This document shows, one piece after another, positions 48,280-61,400 of a DNA stretch of 64,000 nucleotides (within the stretch, counting starts at the first letter, position 1; each line of letters opens with the position of its first letter). The stretch comes from Vitrella brassicaformis CCMP3155 (Eukaryota > Protista > Chromerida), in the NCBI GenBank assembly GCA_001179505.1, contig CDMY01000447.1, forward strand, positions 62,001 through 126,000. Reading direction: 5' to 3'. The notes beneath the pieces were generated by a model. The model was not told where the DNA came from, made no database searches, and saw nothing but the letters and a program-made list of their open reading frames with translations. The position numbers were made by a program, and so were the translations under genes.

Positions 48280-51200
48280 ACCGGCCAATACACTGTCACC
48301 GTCAAGGCGGGGACTCTTCATGATCGGGGCGTTGTGGAGCCCTCCGAGTGTCGGCCAGCGAGTGGATACGGAGCTCGGTCACAGAGTTGGAGCCATCCTC
48401 GGATACAAAATTCGGTACCGAACGCGCCTTTCGCTGACAAAAAATCGACTTCGCCTCCCATGGCATCTGCTCCAGGCACGGCAGCAAAAGTAGCTGGCAG
48501 ACCAAGATCTTATTCGCGACTACAGGGGTGGCGATCAGGTCAGCAGGCCGCCTGAGAGTCAAGCGCATCTTTGTGGCTTGTACCTCTTGAAATCAGGATG
48601 GCGCTGTCGGACAAGTTGCTGTCTGAACTCACCCACATCATGGTCGACGAGGTTCATGAAAGAAGTCAGCACACTGACTTTTTGCTCGCGTATCTGAAAG
48701 ACGTCCTCAAGGTGACGACCAGACTTGCTGTCTATTTGTTAATGTCGTATGTGTCTCTTCCATCGTCAGCGCCGTGTCGAGCCTCTCCGAGTGGTGCTGT
48801 TGTCTGCGACGATTGATGAGGAGAAGTTCAGTGGATATTTTGACTTGTGGGCTGAATGAGATGCCATGTCTTGTGGTGCACAAATCTAGAGGTACAATCA
48901 CATCACCAATCGACTCATACTAATCGTTGTTTTCCATTTCCCCCGCGGCAACGCTCAGGACGTGATAGAGAAGACCGACTACTATTACACCTACCCATAT
49001 GCGAGACACGACGCGCCTGTAGGTGTACGACCCCGCAAGAGATAATGTCAGGCGTTTGTGTTTGCAGAGATTCTGGAGCCGGGCGTCGACCGATGACAGA
49101 GAGGAGCTACCCTGAGAGAGTCCTTTTGCAGCTATGCCGACGAAAGAAAGTAAGAATGTACGTTACGACAGAACCATGTCTCGTCGGTGTGTTGCCCGTC
49201 ACATGACATCATCAACTACGGGCTGATCCGACGGCTGGTTGTGCACATCCGCACGACTATGCCCCCAACCGAAGCCGTCGTGATCTTCCTCTCGGGCGCC
49301 GACGAGATTAAGACGTGCCTCTACGAGCTGCGGCGTCTGGTTGATGACCGTCGGCCGCCCGAGTTCTTCCTTCTACCTCTTTACAGGCACCTTTCTTCAG
49401 ATGATCAGAACATGGTTCTGGAGATGCCACCAGAGGGTACAAGAGAGAGAGAGAGAGAGAGAGGCAGATATATGACGTATATTGTTCCTTGATTCAGGGG
49501 TGAGGAAGATCGTACTCAGCACGAACATCGCTCAGACGTTGATTACGAGGGGCCCTCGTCCCGGCCCTCCCCTTTTCCCGCCGCGGAGCGTCTGCTGAAG
49601 CAGCCACATTGGCGCTCTTTCGACCGCTCCCTTCTGCCCTCCGGGGACCCCCTGCATCGCCCTCCTGGTGGTCCTCAAGCCAGTGACGATGGGCAGCTGT
49701 TTTGGTGGCCCTCAAGCCGCTCAACCGCCTCAAGCCGCTCAACCGCCTCAACCCCTCAACCCTCTGTATGTGCGCTTCATCTTGTCGGGGAAGCGCGACC
49801 TCAGCCGCCCGCCCCCCTACCGGCGGATTACCGGGATTATGATTGACGACGTTCGGTGAGAACGATTGGATGAAAGACAGAACATGCAGATGAATACAGA
49901 AAGAGGGATGAGTCATGAGGGTTGTTGTCAGGCACGTAGTCGATACGATGATGCACAAAACAATGTTCTTCGACAACAACACCCGGGTAAGGATATAAAT
50001 AGTACACAACCGAGCTGTTGTGCAGGTCCGGGAACTCACGACAATGACTATATCGCGAGCGGAAGTGAGCGGAAGCAGAGACGCACACTTCGGATCAGTC
50101 AAGGAAAGGGACGAACAGGGCGGGTCGCTCCAGGTACGTGCTGGCGGCTAATTACTCGATCCGAGTTTGAGGACCTCGAGCCGAACGGCATGCCGGCCAT
50201 TGAAGGGAGTCACTCGATGAGCTTGCCTTGCACATCCTCGCAATCACTGACAGGTCTGCCTTTACACACCACGGAAATGGACAAGAATGTCATGGTGTTT
50301 GTGTGAGTGCGTATAAGTTTAGTGGCGAGCCTTCTTCATTCTTCAACGAAATGATCGATCCACCTTACCCACACCGCATCGACGCATCGGACATTTCGGC
50401 CATTCAGGTCAGCAGGAGACGCAGAGACACAACAATATGCAGCACGCATGTCTTGCATGTACACAGCCCTTCAGCTCACAACCCTTGGTGCTCACCTAGC
50501 CAGGCTGCCTGTCGACTTGAGAGCGGGAAGCTGCTTCTGATTCTCTGTGCGCTGGGCATCCCCAAATAGGTCAGCGAAGGGAAAAGATCGACTGTCAACG
50601 AGCTACGGTACAGATGTATGTATATCATGACAGGCCCACACCATCGCCGCGGCGCTGTCAGTCGAGAGTCTTTTCAAGGCGCCACTCGACAGAGAGGCAG
50701 AGGCGGACGCTGCGCGAGCCCATCTTTGTTTCAGAGACAACGCATCACGCCTGCATGTGTGTTCTCTGGATGCATCGTTTCTTCCTCTAAACGCAGGTGC
50801 CGACCTACATAGTCACCACCTGGCTGTCTGCAGAGATCCAGCTCCGTTAGCGGCAGCGGCTGGACTTCTTCCGTCAGCGAGCGACTCAAATTCAGACACA
50901 TGTATGTATGTATGTATGTATTGGTGTGTGTGTGCATTTAGGTGACGAGTGCTCGCTCACTATGGCTGACGTGTGGAGTAAGCAGGCATGGGGCATCCCA
51001 CTCGTCATCGTCGATCGCATCACCTTCCCCGGTAAGCAACCGATCAAGGCGCACATGAAGTATGACTGTATGACTGTGTATTTGTGTATTTGTGTGTGTG
51101 TGCATGTGCTTCAGAAGTTCAGCTACGACGGCCACAACGCCCCACCAGTATCGAGCGCGCGTCACGTGGATTTGGCCGTGGCCGCTCCAGAAGGAGATCA

Positions 51201-51605
51201 ACAGCGAGTGGACGCAATGGTCGACCGAAGCGACAAGCGAGGAGGTGGGCTGGGTGACTGACAGAGACAGACCCGACCCAGACAAAAACAACAACACATC
51301 CGCGCGTCATCGTATCCACTGCTTGGCTTGCTGGCTGCAGAGCAGCGAGGAGGGCGAGGCCGTGTTTAGCGACCGCAAGGAGTTCATCATGATCTTTGCG
51401 TGCAGCGAGTGAGCGGTCGAAACGAGACAGACAAGAAAGATGCCACCCAGATGCAGCCCACATGCACATGCCTTGTCTCCATCTTTGGTGGTGTCCACAC
51501 AGGGCGTTTCGTTTCGACGTAGAGGTCAGGAGCACCTCTGGCGAGACCATCAGCGTCGGCAGCACCCCTTCCATGCACCCCCGGCAGCCCCGGTTGTTGG
51601 GCTGA
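48280..51605 (+). pseudogene. Degenerate DEAH/RHA RNA helicase (DHX36/DHX57-like), interrupted by an insertion
   Basis: GYKIRY, THIMVDEVHERSQHTDFLL (motif II), VVLLSATID (III), AVVIFLSGADEI (IV), VRKIVLSTNIAQTLIT...IDDV (V, split) and QGKGRTGRVAPGTCWRL (VI). No Walker A seen. In-frame TGA at 49596-49598. Confidence 0.7.
49541..49842. mobile_element. 286-bp insertion flanked by an 8-bp near-perfect direct repeat (TSD-like)
   Basis: GATTACGA (49541-49548) ... GATTATGA (49835-49842). Removing the insert and one repeat restores STNIAQTLITIDDV. No TIR or poly(A) is visible, so the element class is unknown. Confidence 0.6.
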
Positions 51606-51949
51606 CGGCAGCACATCTCAAGAGACGGTGGACCTCAACCCGAAGGTGGAGGACGGGCAGACGCAACAATAAACCATCCACTTCCTGCACCGGCTGCACG
51701 GCTGTGACACTGCATAGGTGGCTGGAGGGGCCTGACGAGACGAAATAGTGTAGTGTAGTGAGATGGATGTAGCTACGGATGCAGCTGTAGTGCGACATCG
51801 ATCGTTGCCTGCATTTTATATCCAGACGTCTCTGTGTCTCTGTTGTCCCGTTACAATCGATAAAGTTGTTCGGTTACAATCATGCGTAATGGGCACAAAA
51901 GTCTCACCACACACGCGTCCCCGCCGTCTGTCTGTCTGTCTGTCTGTAT

Positions 51950-54497
51950 CTACTGTCCCTGAATGACCTTGCCGCGCCACTTGACGCTTACGAAGTCTGC
52001 CTGTTTGGCCTGCCACTGCTTGCCCAGGAGATAGAACAGATGCCTGTCCTCCAGCCGCTGCCGATTGAAGGCCTGCATGACGTTGGACACATCAACACAC
52101 GCCAAGTCGCCCACACGCTCCTACACACACAGACACACAGACATCAATGACTCTAGGTGTCTCGTCAGCTACTGGGTTGTCACACAGTGTACCTTGATGA
52201 AGGGCACAAAGACACGATAGAAGTCAGCGTCGCCGAAGTCGAGGTAGGCCAGCGACCGCAACACAGACGACAACTCGCCCAACGTGAAACTATGACCATG
52301 CACACCAGCACCACACCACACCACCACGTTACGGTTGTATACATTCTCTGTGGACGGGGGGGGTGTGGTGTGCCGTGCCAGCAATCCTTACTAGTGGACT
52401 CGTTGGCAGATGTGTTCCCCCAGCCTCTCCAGCACGTTGAAGCGCTCTCCCTCTTCCTTGGCCTCCAGCCACGGCAGCTTGCGCGACACGAAGAACCGGA
52501 GCGTGCGGCCACGGGCGTTTTTGGCGCGGGCGGGTGTCTGCCGCCAACTCACCAGACCCTTGAGGTAAAACACCAGGTGGAACGGCTTGGCCAGGTCGGC
52601 GTGGAACAGGCGAAACATGCTGCACACGAAAGAGGGAGAATACACACAAAGGGGGGAAATGGCTGCGTGGTTGTGTGGGGCGAAAGGGGTTGCTGGTTGA
52701 CCGTCTGGTCATGGCCTTGACGAGGTCTTCGTTCTCAGCGACGAGCCGATTGGTGGAGAGGAAGTTCATGGCAGCGGCGAGCTGCAGGGGGTCGAGCTGC
52801 TCCACTGCCTGCGGCTCATGCAGCCGCTTGGCCAGCACCGTCCGCAGCTCACGGTAGTAGTCAGCCCACTCGTGAAACCGAAGCTGCACACGGACCCACA
52901 CGTGACGAGAGAGACGGGTTCACCGTGAGATAATGTCTGTATGGCTTGCACTGACCAGGAGAATTGCGTCCATGACGATGGCGATCTGCCCGAGGTCATA
53001 CTCCACCACCCGCCCCTCCACGGCCTCTGGCAGGTCCCGCCTCTCCTCAGCCAACCCCGCATTCACCTCCTTCTCACGCCCCTCGTTCATCTCCACCTGC
53101 CACCCCTCCAGCCCCTCCTCGCCGCCTTTGCCGGCCTTCTTCCGGATGCGGCTGCCCAGGGGCAGGCCATAGAGGGACGGCAGCCCACAGCCGTACTCGT
53201 AGCTGGGGAGGGCGTAGCGGGAGAAGAGTGCGTCTGTCGGGGCGGCCGTCACGGCAAGGTCCTGCTGCTCCACCTGACCCAGGCCTGCACAGGGAGAGGC
53301 GAGCGCCACACATGCACATGAAAATATCAAGTCTTTGTGTGTCGTCCTGTGCCTGCATTCATCCGTACCTATCTTGGCCTGGAGCCGTTCGTATTCGCCC
53401 AGAATCTCCTCAGCCACGGTGCGGAAGAAGGTGGAGTGGTTGAACTTGAGCAGCGCGTAGGTGCGCGCGAGTTTGGTCTTCTCGAAGGGCGTGAGCTTGC
53501 CCACACACAGCAGGGGGTGCAGCCGGCGGGCAGCGTGCCGCAGCATCTCCTCGTCCCGCGACTCGAGCGCCGCATAGCTGTGCAGGAGGTCGATGAGGCT
53601 GCGGGCGGAGAAGGCCACCGCCTCCTCTATCACCAACTCGGCCACGTCATTCATCAACTGATCGACGCATCAACGCACCGGACACAAAGGATGACTGTCC
53701 GCCCCGCCATGTGATCTGTGCTCACCTCTGTTAACTATCTATCTCACCTGAATGTGTTTGCGGCCGAGTGATGCGAGTATGGTGACGAGGCGCGTGACGG
53801 TGTCGGTAGGGAGGCCGTGGAAGTCCTGCCGCCCCCTGCGGATGAGCAGCTGGATCAGGCTGTCCGAACGACAGCTGATCTTGGCGTACGAATCGCCTGA
53901 CCGATCCGATACACGCACACGCACGGTCCACACACACGCAGGATCCGATCCATGCACACGTTGGTGTGCGTGTGTGTACCGATGTTGAGCAGCTGGTCGA
54001 GGTGGGTACGCTCCGCCTCAAAGAGGGGACGAGACGACTCTGTCACCTTATCCCAAAAGGTCGCCTGACAAACAAACAAACAAACAAACAAGGCCCAAGC
54101 AGCGACAGACAGACAGACATCTGCACTGACATTCGGCCAGCGCACTCCATACCTGATGGAATCTCTTTCTGGCGAACACCTCGGCCATCCTCTCGTAGTC
54201 ATCGATGTTGGTCACGCCCCGCCTCCGCAGCTCAGCCGCATACCGTCGCCAGAGGCCCTCGCTCTCCCCTCCCGCCTCATACACAGGGAAATCATTGTTA
54301 ACCTTGCTGAGGGAGCCGGAGAGGTTGCCGGTGGCCAGATCTTCGAATGCGGGCGCAGCAAAGGCGAACCGATGAAAGTCAAAGTCAGATTGGGCAGCTG
54401 CCGCTGCTGATGACTGGCACCGGACAAACGGCAGGAGGGGCGGGAGAGGCCGGGGCAGAGAGCGACAGTGCCGTCCTGGTGCGCTCAACGTCTGCAT
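51950..54497 (-). CDS. Helical-repeat (RAP/HPR/FAST-type) putative organellar RNA-binding protein
   Basis: Basic presequence-like N-terminus (MQTLSAPGRHCRSLPRPLPPLLPFVRCQSS). Repeated helices: LIDLLHSYAALESRDEEML, TKLARTYALLKFNHSTFF, ELSSVLRSLAYLDFGDADFY, SNVMQAFNRQRLEDRHLF. About 8 exons. Confidence 0.6.
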
Positions 54498-54804
54498 CAC
54501 GGAACGGTGGCTAGGGTTGGAAACCCTCGACCCCGTGCACGTCCTTTCTCTGCACGCCCAGCTCGCAGATGCCAATTAGGCGTGACAAATGGAGGGGCGC
54601 AAGCGGAACCACAAGTCGCGCACGCAAGGAAGAAATGCAAAACGCAGATCGGTCGGATTCATTCAACTCAACTGTACAAACACGACACGGGCCCCTTGCT
54701 TTGCAATGGCCCTCCACTCACTCACTCCGACTGGCTGCCCCATGGATGGGATGAAGCCAACCACACTGCCCTGCCAGCTATCGACCTACACAGCCCCCCT
54801 ACCC

Positions 54805-57099
54805 CTAATCATCTCCCACCAAACCACCACCCGTCTCATCGACCGACGTCGTCTGCCCCTCCACTTTGTCGCTGTCGTCCAGGTGTGACGTGATCCTGGC
54901 AATCTCCAGCAGATGCTGGTCGCTGAGGGCGAAGAGCGGCGCCGCCAGGCACTCAGGCAGCTCGTCCCTCCCCGCCACCCTCACATCCCCACTCAGGACG
55001 GCCCTGATGGACCCCGCACGGACGGCAGTTCCCTGGGTCTCATCGTCTTCGGGGTCGCTGTCGTCATCGCCCTCACTCTCGTCATGGTCGAGAGGCGTGG
55101 GGGATGTGGGCACGGCTGAGGAAGCCGCTGGGGGGTGGGAGGGGGAGGAGGGGACGGATGGCTCAGTAGGGAAGACCACTTGCAGGCTCAGCCGATGCCG
55201 CTGAATGTGACCAACTGAACGGACGGATGGCAAAAACACACGTGCGTTTGCGACCCGACCACGTAGGGTAGGGCCACCAAGTGTTTCAGTGAGTGCAATC
55301 ACTCACTGGCATCGAGCAGCTCCCGCAGCGCTTCCGTCTGCCCCCGCACCGCCAGCCTCAGATGGTCGTCCGGCAAGCTGTGGCTACCCTCCTCGATGCT
55401 CTCCAGTGACGGCAAAGTCTCCGTGCTGGTCGTCATCTCCAGGTCGTTCAGCTGCCCGTCACGCCACAGCTCCAGCCGCCCCTCCCTTGACGAATCCTTG
55501 TACAGGTCCACCTCGTTGATCTTCAACAGCGATACCACCGATATCAGCAGCCGCTTCAGCTTCCTCTCGTGCTCGACGTCACGCTTGAACCGCGTCAGCA
55601 CACGCACGTCGGTCGGCAGCCTCTGAAGCACCTCGCCCTCACGAACCGCGCCCCACTCGGTGTCTGGGTCATGCTGCAAAGTGGTCTTGGCGGGGTGGGC
55701 TTTGTCATCGTCACTGTGTGGTGAGGGGCCTTCTGGTGGTGGGATGGTCACGTCGAGGGAGTCGCTGGACGAGGAACTGGAGGGCGTGACGGTCGATGTG
55801 ACGGAGCGGGTGGCAGAGGGGGTGGGCCTCTTGGTCGGAATGACCCTGCACACACAGCACAGCACAGAGAGCAGCCGTGTGCGCGAATGGCCATGTGGAT
55901 ACATACACATTGCACTCATTGCCGGAGTGTGTGTGCGTTACCTACCAGGCTAGATGCCTCGGTTTGATGACGCCCGACTGTATGCCGGCAAACAGCGATG
56001 TGGTCTCCTCAATCGCGTCGGCCTTCTGCACCCACCTCACCAAATACCCACACATCTCACACAGCACGTCCAACAGCACTGGGCCGACTGCAGGTGCCAC
56101 CCGCCGCACTTCGGCGCCCCTCTCATGCAGCCCCTGGTAGTAGCGATGCAGCCCCAGCACCGTGCTGAGGGGCATCGGCGGGCGTGACGACCGGCCGCAA
56201 CCCCAGGTGCTGGTCCACGCGTCCCGTCGCCGCGCCAGCACCCGTGGCGGCATACGGGTGGCGGCGACGACGCGGGCAAGGGACCCTGCCCCTGTCACCA
56301 CGGGCACTTGCCGGCTGAGACCCTGCCTCCGCTCCCTCCACGCCCTATCCACAGCCTCCCACGCCGCCCTTGTCTTGTCGTCTGGCGTCAGGGCATCACT
56401 GGGGAAGCACCGACGCCGGAGCGTCCTCTGGAACTGACGCCAATACGTCATGAGGGCCAGAGTGTTGCCGTGGAAGTGCTGAAGGGGGTCACTGGCACCG
56501 GCCGTCTGCTGCTGCTGCTGCTTCGGGGGGGATGAAGGGGAAGAGGGAGAGGGTTGGGGAGGGGAGGGCAGCCAGGCCGGCGAATGGTTGCCCATGTAGA
56601 GCCAAAAATACACGAGCGCCTCGAGCAGCTCGCCGGCGAGATGACGCACACGTCTGTACACGGTCATCTCCTGAGTGAAAGAAACATCACACATCAAGAG
56701 GAGGAAAACTCACCACGCCAGTCTGCGCTCATTCATGGGCACGGTCCAGCTCACCTTGCGCGGATCATCCTCTCCACTGGATGTGCCCATGACCAGGTTC
56801 AGTGAGCTGTGCGACTCGGCCAGCAGCTGTGCCACGAACAAGCACTGCAACTCCACCACCAATGAGGTCAGCAAAGATGACATCAAGGCATCGTTGGGTG
56901 TGGCAGGCGGCTGGGTGTGGAGGTCCAGGAGTGTCCTCTGTGCGTTCTCAAGCGTGTTTGCCGTCTGCTGCAGCCGCTGCTTCAGCGCTGTCCAGAAGTG
57001 CTTGGTCACGAGGCCCAACACCTCCAGGCTGTGCCTGTCGAGCGAAGCCCGCACCGTGTCGATGACCACTTCAAGCGCCTCCATCACCTTCAATACCAT
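54805..57099 (-). CDS. Hypothetical protein (helical regions plus low-complexity linkers)
   Basis: Four long exon ORFs (56710-57099, 55942-56670, 55310-55850, 54805-55290) with GT-AG junctions. No domain recognised. Confidence 0.7.
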
Positions 57100-57361
57100 C
57101 CCTTCTGGAAGTATCTATTGGCTATCTATTCAAGAGGAAGAAGCGTTCTTCTCGCGCTCGTCAGCGAGCTAATTCTTGCGAGCTTAAAAGAAAGGCAGAG
57201 TTGCGAAAGAGGCCTTGTTTTTGCTCGGCATCAGCACTAGTGCATCAGCAGGAGTGTCCTGTGGTACAGCCGAGGAGAGAGCCTCCCTGTCGACAGGTCT
57301 CGCCGCCTTCGTCGTTTGTCTGAGGTTCGCCAGTGGTCTGTCCGTCAGGGCATGCCTCTTG

Positions 57362-58392
57362 ATGACTCAGAAGCGTGCCCATCGCAGCAGTGACGACACC
57401 GACAGCCCGTCACCCGCCTCGTCAGCCCTCGTAGCTGCCTCCACCGCCGCCACGGCGCGTGCCTCAGGTGGAAGCGACACGCACAGGATGTCGGAGGACG
57501 AAAGGGAGTCCGCGGCACACGCCAATGGGCCGGGGAGCGACCACAACGAGGATGGCAGCGACAATGAAGTCGAGTGCTGCCCGCTGTGCATGGAGGAGCT
57601 CGACGATACTGACAAACACTTCTACCCTTGCAAGTGTGGCTACCAGGTCGGTCGCCCCGCCCTCACCGCAACACACACGACCACAGCACCGAGAGGACAG
57701 AGAGGAGAGGACACAAACAAAAGACAGTCGCATCTCATCTCATCTCATCTATGGTGTTTGCTGCTTTGATGGGGTGTTTTCTGTCTGTCTGTCTGTCCTT
57801 TTTGTTGGTTCTACCTACCATGTCGAAAATCGATCAGGTGTGTCTGTGGTGTGTGCATCACATTCGGGAGCAGCTCAATGGCAAGTGCCCCGCGTGCCGC
57901 ACGCCATACCACGAAGACAACTACACAAGAAGAGTGCCCAAAGAGTACGTATGGACAGACACCACACACAACACAATACATACCAACAGCCTTTTAACCA
58001 CTCCATCATTGAGGGATGATTCTCCTGACTTGTTTCCTGTGTGTGTCTGTTGTCTGTCTGCAGCAACAAGCCGAAGCGGCCCCGCCAGACGGCACGTCGC
58101 GAGGACAACCGTTGGAATCGCAATGACGCCTGCCGGCAGCCGGTGCTGTTGCCAAAGGACGCCAAGGCCCTCGCCGGGGTTCGTGTCATCCAGCGCAGTC
58201 TGGTATACGTCATCGGGCTGCCGGAGCACGTGGCGGCGGCGGACGTGCTGCAAAGCAAGTACTTCGGGCAGTTCGGCAAGATCATCCGGACAGTCGTCAC
58301 CAAACAGCCCACATCCTACAGCGGGTAGGTTATGTTAGTTAGCAAAGAAGAGAGGCAGGCAGAGAGGCCACGCCGGCGATGCGTTTGCATTG

Positions 58393-58424
<32 letters not shown>

Positions 58425-61400
58425 TGTCAGTGCCAGTGGCCCGACCTATTCTGCGTATCTGTATTACCAGCGCAACGAAGACGCTGCCAGCGCCATATCG
58501 GTGAGAGAGAGAGAGAGAGAGAGAGAGCAGGCTTGCAGCAAGGAGGGAGGGCCGCGATGACATCCATGTCTGGCTATGTGATGTGTGCTGTGCAGGTGAT
58601 GGATGGATCGTCGATCGACGGTCAGCAGATCAAGTGTTCGTACGGCACCACCAAGTACTGCTCCTACTTCCTCAAGGGGCAGAAGTGCACTCTCAAAGAC
58701 TGCCTGTACCTGCACCACCTGGGGGAAGACTCTGATAGGTACGCAGCCACACACCCATACCAATACCAACACCCACACGAACACACCATACACATACACA
58801 CCACACACGCCTTGCCGTGTGACGTTTTCTCAGTTTCACCAAGGAGGCGATGGTGAATTCCCGCCATCAGTTCCACAACCAGGTCATGCCCGACGGCCCA
58901 CTCACGACCAACAAGGCCGGGGCAGCCAAATTCGGATTCGGCACATACGGCCGCAGACAACAGCAGCAGCAGCAGCAGCAACAGCAACAGCAGCAGCATC
59001 AGAGGACCCCATCCACAGGGCCCACTCCCTCCCCATCCACTACACCCTCCCCCAATGCGCCCGCCCCTGCTGCTGCCACTACTGCCGCTGCTTCGTCCGG
59101 CACACAACAGCCACAGAAGGACAAGGACAAGGAGAAGGAGCCCCGCGATAAGGACAAGGACAAGGACAAGGATGTGGTGATGGCTGACGGTGGTGGGAAG
59201 GGCGACGAGGGAGAGGGCGAGAAGGGTGGCCAGGGGAAGCTGGGGATTCAATACCTGCCGCTGATCACGGCTGACGGGCCGCTGCCCTCGTCCTCTTCAT
59301 CGGGCAGCTACCATGTGCCGCTGGTCGTCGCGTCTGGCAAGGGGTAAGTAGCTCGAGCATGGCGTCGTTTGGTTGTGGTGTCCATTCCATTCACTGTCAC
59401 GATGTGTGTGTGGTTGTCTGTGTGTGAGCATTTCAGGTCTCAGAAGGATAGTCGACACACTCATCGCAATGCCACTAGCCAACGGTGAGTCAGAGGAGGT
59501 GGAGTAGCTCACCGAGAACACGGCGAATTTTCTCCCTGTGTGTGTGTGTTGTTTCAGGGGTAGCCGGAGCCACCATATGCACAGCCCCATCAGCGGCCTG
59601 CATAACGATGTAAGCACCACACACACCGCCACGCCGCACCCCCGAGTGGCAGAGATGATAACCACATCAGTTCAGTATCGCTAGCAGACCCATCCCACAG
59701 AGACAGATGGATCTGACGACACACTTTGCACGTCAGACTGAGCCACAGACAGACAGACAGGCAGACAGCCGGCCACTCTTCCACCCGCCATCTCCCCTTA
59801 ACCATTCTTCTCCCTCCCCTGTCTGTGCATTGATTTGTGTCTGCAGAAGAGCTCCCCGGTCTGTTCTCCAGCCATCCGGCCAGAGAGCGCCGGTGCCGGT
59901 GCTGGCACCGGCCTCTCGGTGTTCGACGAGCACCACCCCCATCCCCCCTCCATGAACCTCACCCTCCGCCGACCAGCCGGCACGCGCAAAGACAGAGACG
60001 CCGCCAACAAGAACCGATCCACGCACAACCAGCCGGGCGGCGGCACCAACGTCTCATGGCAGGTCCGCAAACCCTCCGGCATCAGCCCGGGCGGCGCACT
60101 GGTGTCGGCTAGCATGCCGCTCATCACTCCCAAGGGCGCCATCAACGTGACAGCAATGGGCGGCCAGAGGGAGCGTGCTGAGCGAGAGAGGAACAGGGGC
60201 AGCGGCGGCCACACGCCGCCGTCAGTCAAGGATGGGGAGAGCCCCGGCTCCGGCTCGGCCAGGCGGGCGGCCACGCCCACGCAGCCTCACGAGGCGAGAC
60301 AGCGCAACAAGGACAAGGACAAGGAGAGGGAGAGGGAGGCCGACGTCGTCATGACAGATGTGACCAGCCTGGCCAAGTCCGCCCCAGACGAGCAGATGCA
60401 CCCCAACCCGTCGTCAGCCGAGGAGCAGTCGCCATCGCCACCGGCGTCTGTGTCTGCCGGCGCCCCGCCGGGCATGACCCTGCCCGCATCCACGGCCACA
60501 TCGGCGGCAGACACTGGCAGCAGACCGACGGTGCCCATCCGGTTTGGGGATTTCGACGCGTCGACGTTCGGGAAGAAGGACGACAAGGGTGGCGACCCGA
60601 GCATGGGTGGGTGTGCTTCTCAACCCAACCTCCGTGTGGTGGAGATGCCCGACATACCAAACCTGCCCGTGACCAGTGGGGACCTCGGCGCAGGGGCAAT
60701 CACTATGATCGAACAAGAGGTGAGTGAGTGAGTGAGTAATATACACACGGGGATGGGAGGGATGCTTAGATGCATATGAGTGGGTGGGACAGACACAGGG
60801 AGGGAGCTCCATCTTTGGGTGGTCATTGTCGGTTGCAGCTTGATTTGGAGCCGGTGCCAAGCCCACTCCAAGCTCCCGAGGTGCCGACCAGCAGTGCCGC
60901 TCCGGTGTCGGTGCCGGTGCCTTCCCCCCTCCCCCCCGCGCCCCCATCTCCCTCCCACCACACGGCAGCAGCACCCCTGCCGTCGGAGACCCACCCCCCT
61001 CCTCCCGGCCCACCCCCACAGCCCGAGTCTTCCTTCAGACCCCCATCAGTGATCGCACCTGCCCATCACTCCCACGCCCACACCCACACCCATCCCCATC
61101 CCCAGCCGCACCTCCCGCATCCACACCCGCAGATCCTCTCTGTGCCCTCTCATCGCACAACCAGCGACCATTACGGCGGCCACGGCTCGTCGTCGTCGCT
61201 GATGGACGGCATTCAGGTGATACCCCCGCCCACACACGCTGCAAGGGGGCCGATCGGTGGTTTGTCCGCGGCTGCCGGTGGGGCGGGTGGGGTGGATCTC
61301 AACGGACAGAGGGATAGAGATGGAGGGAGGTATCGGGGCGGCGAATACCACCAGCACCAGCACCAGCACCACCACCACCAACAGCAGCAGCAGCATGCGC

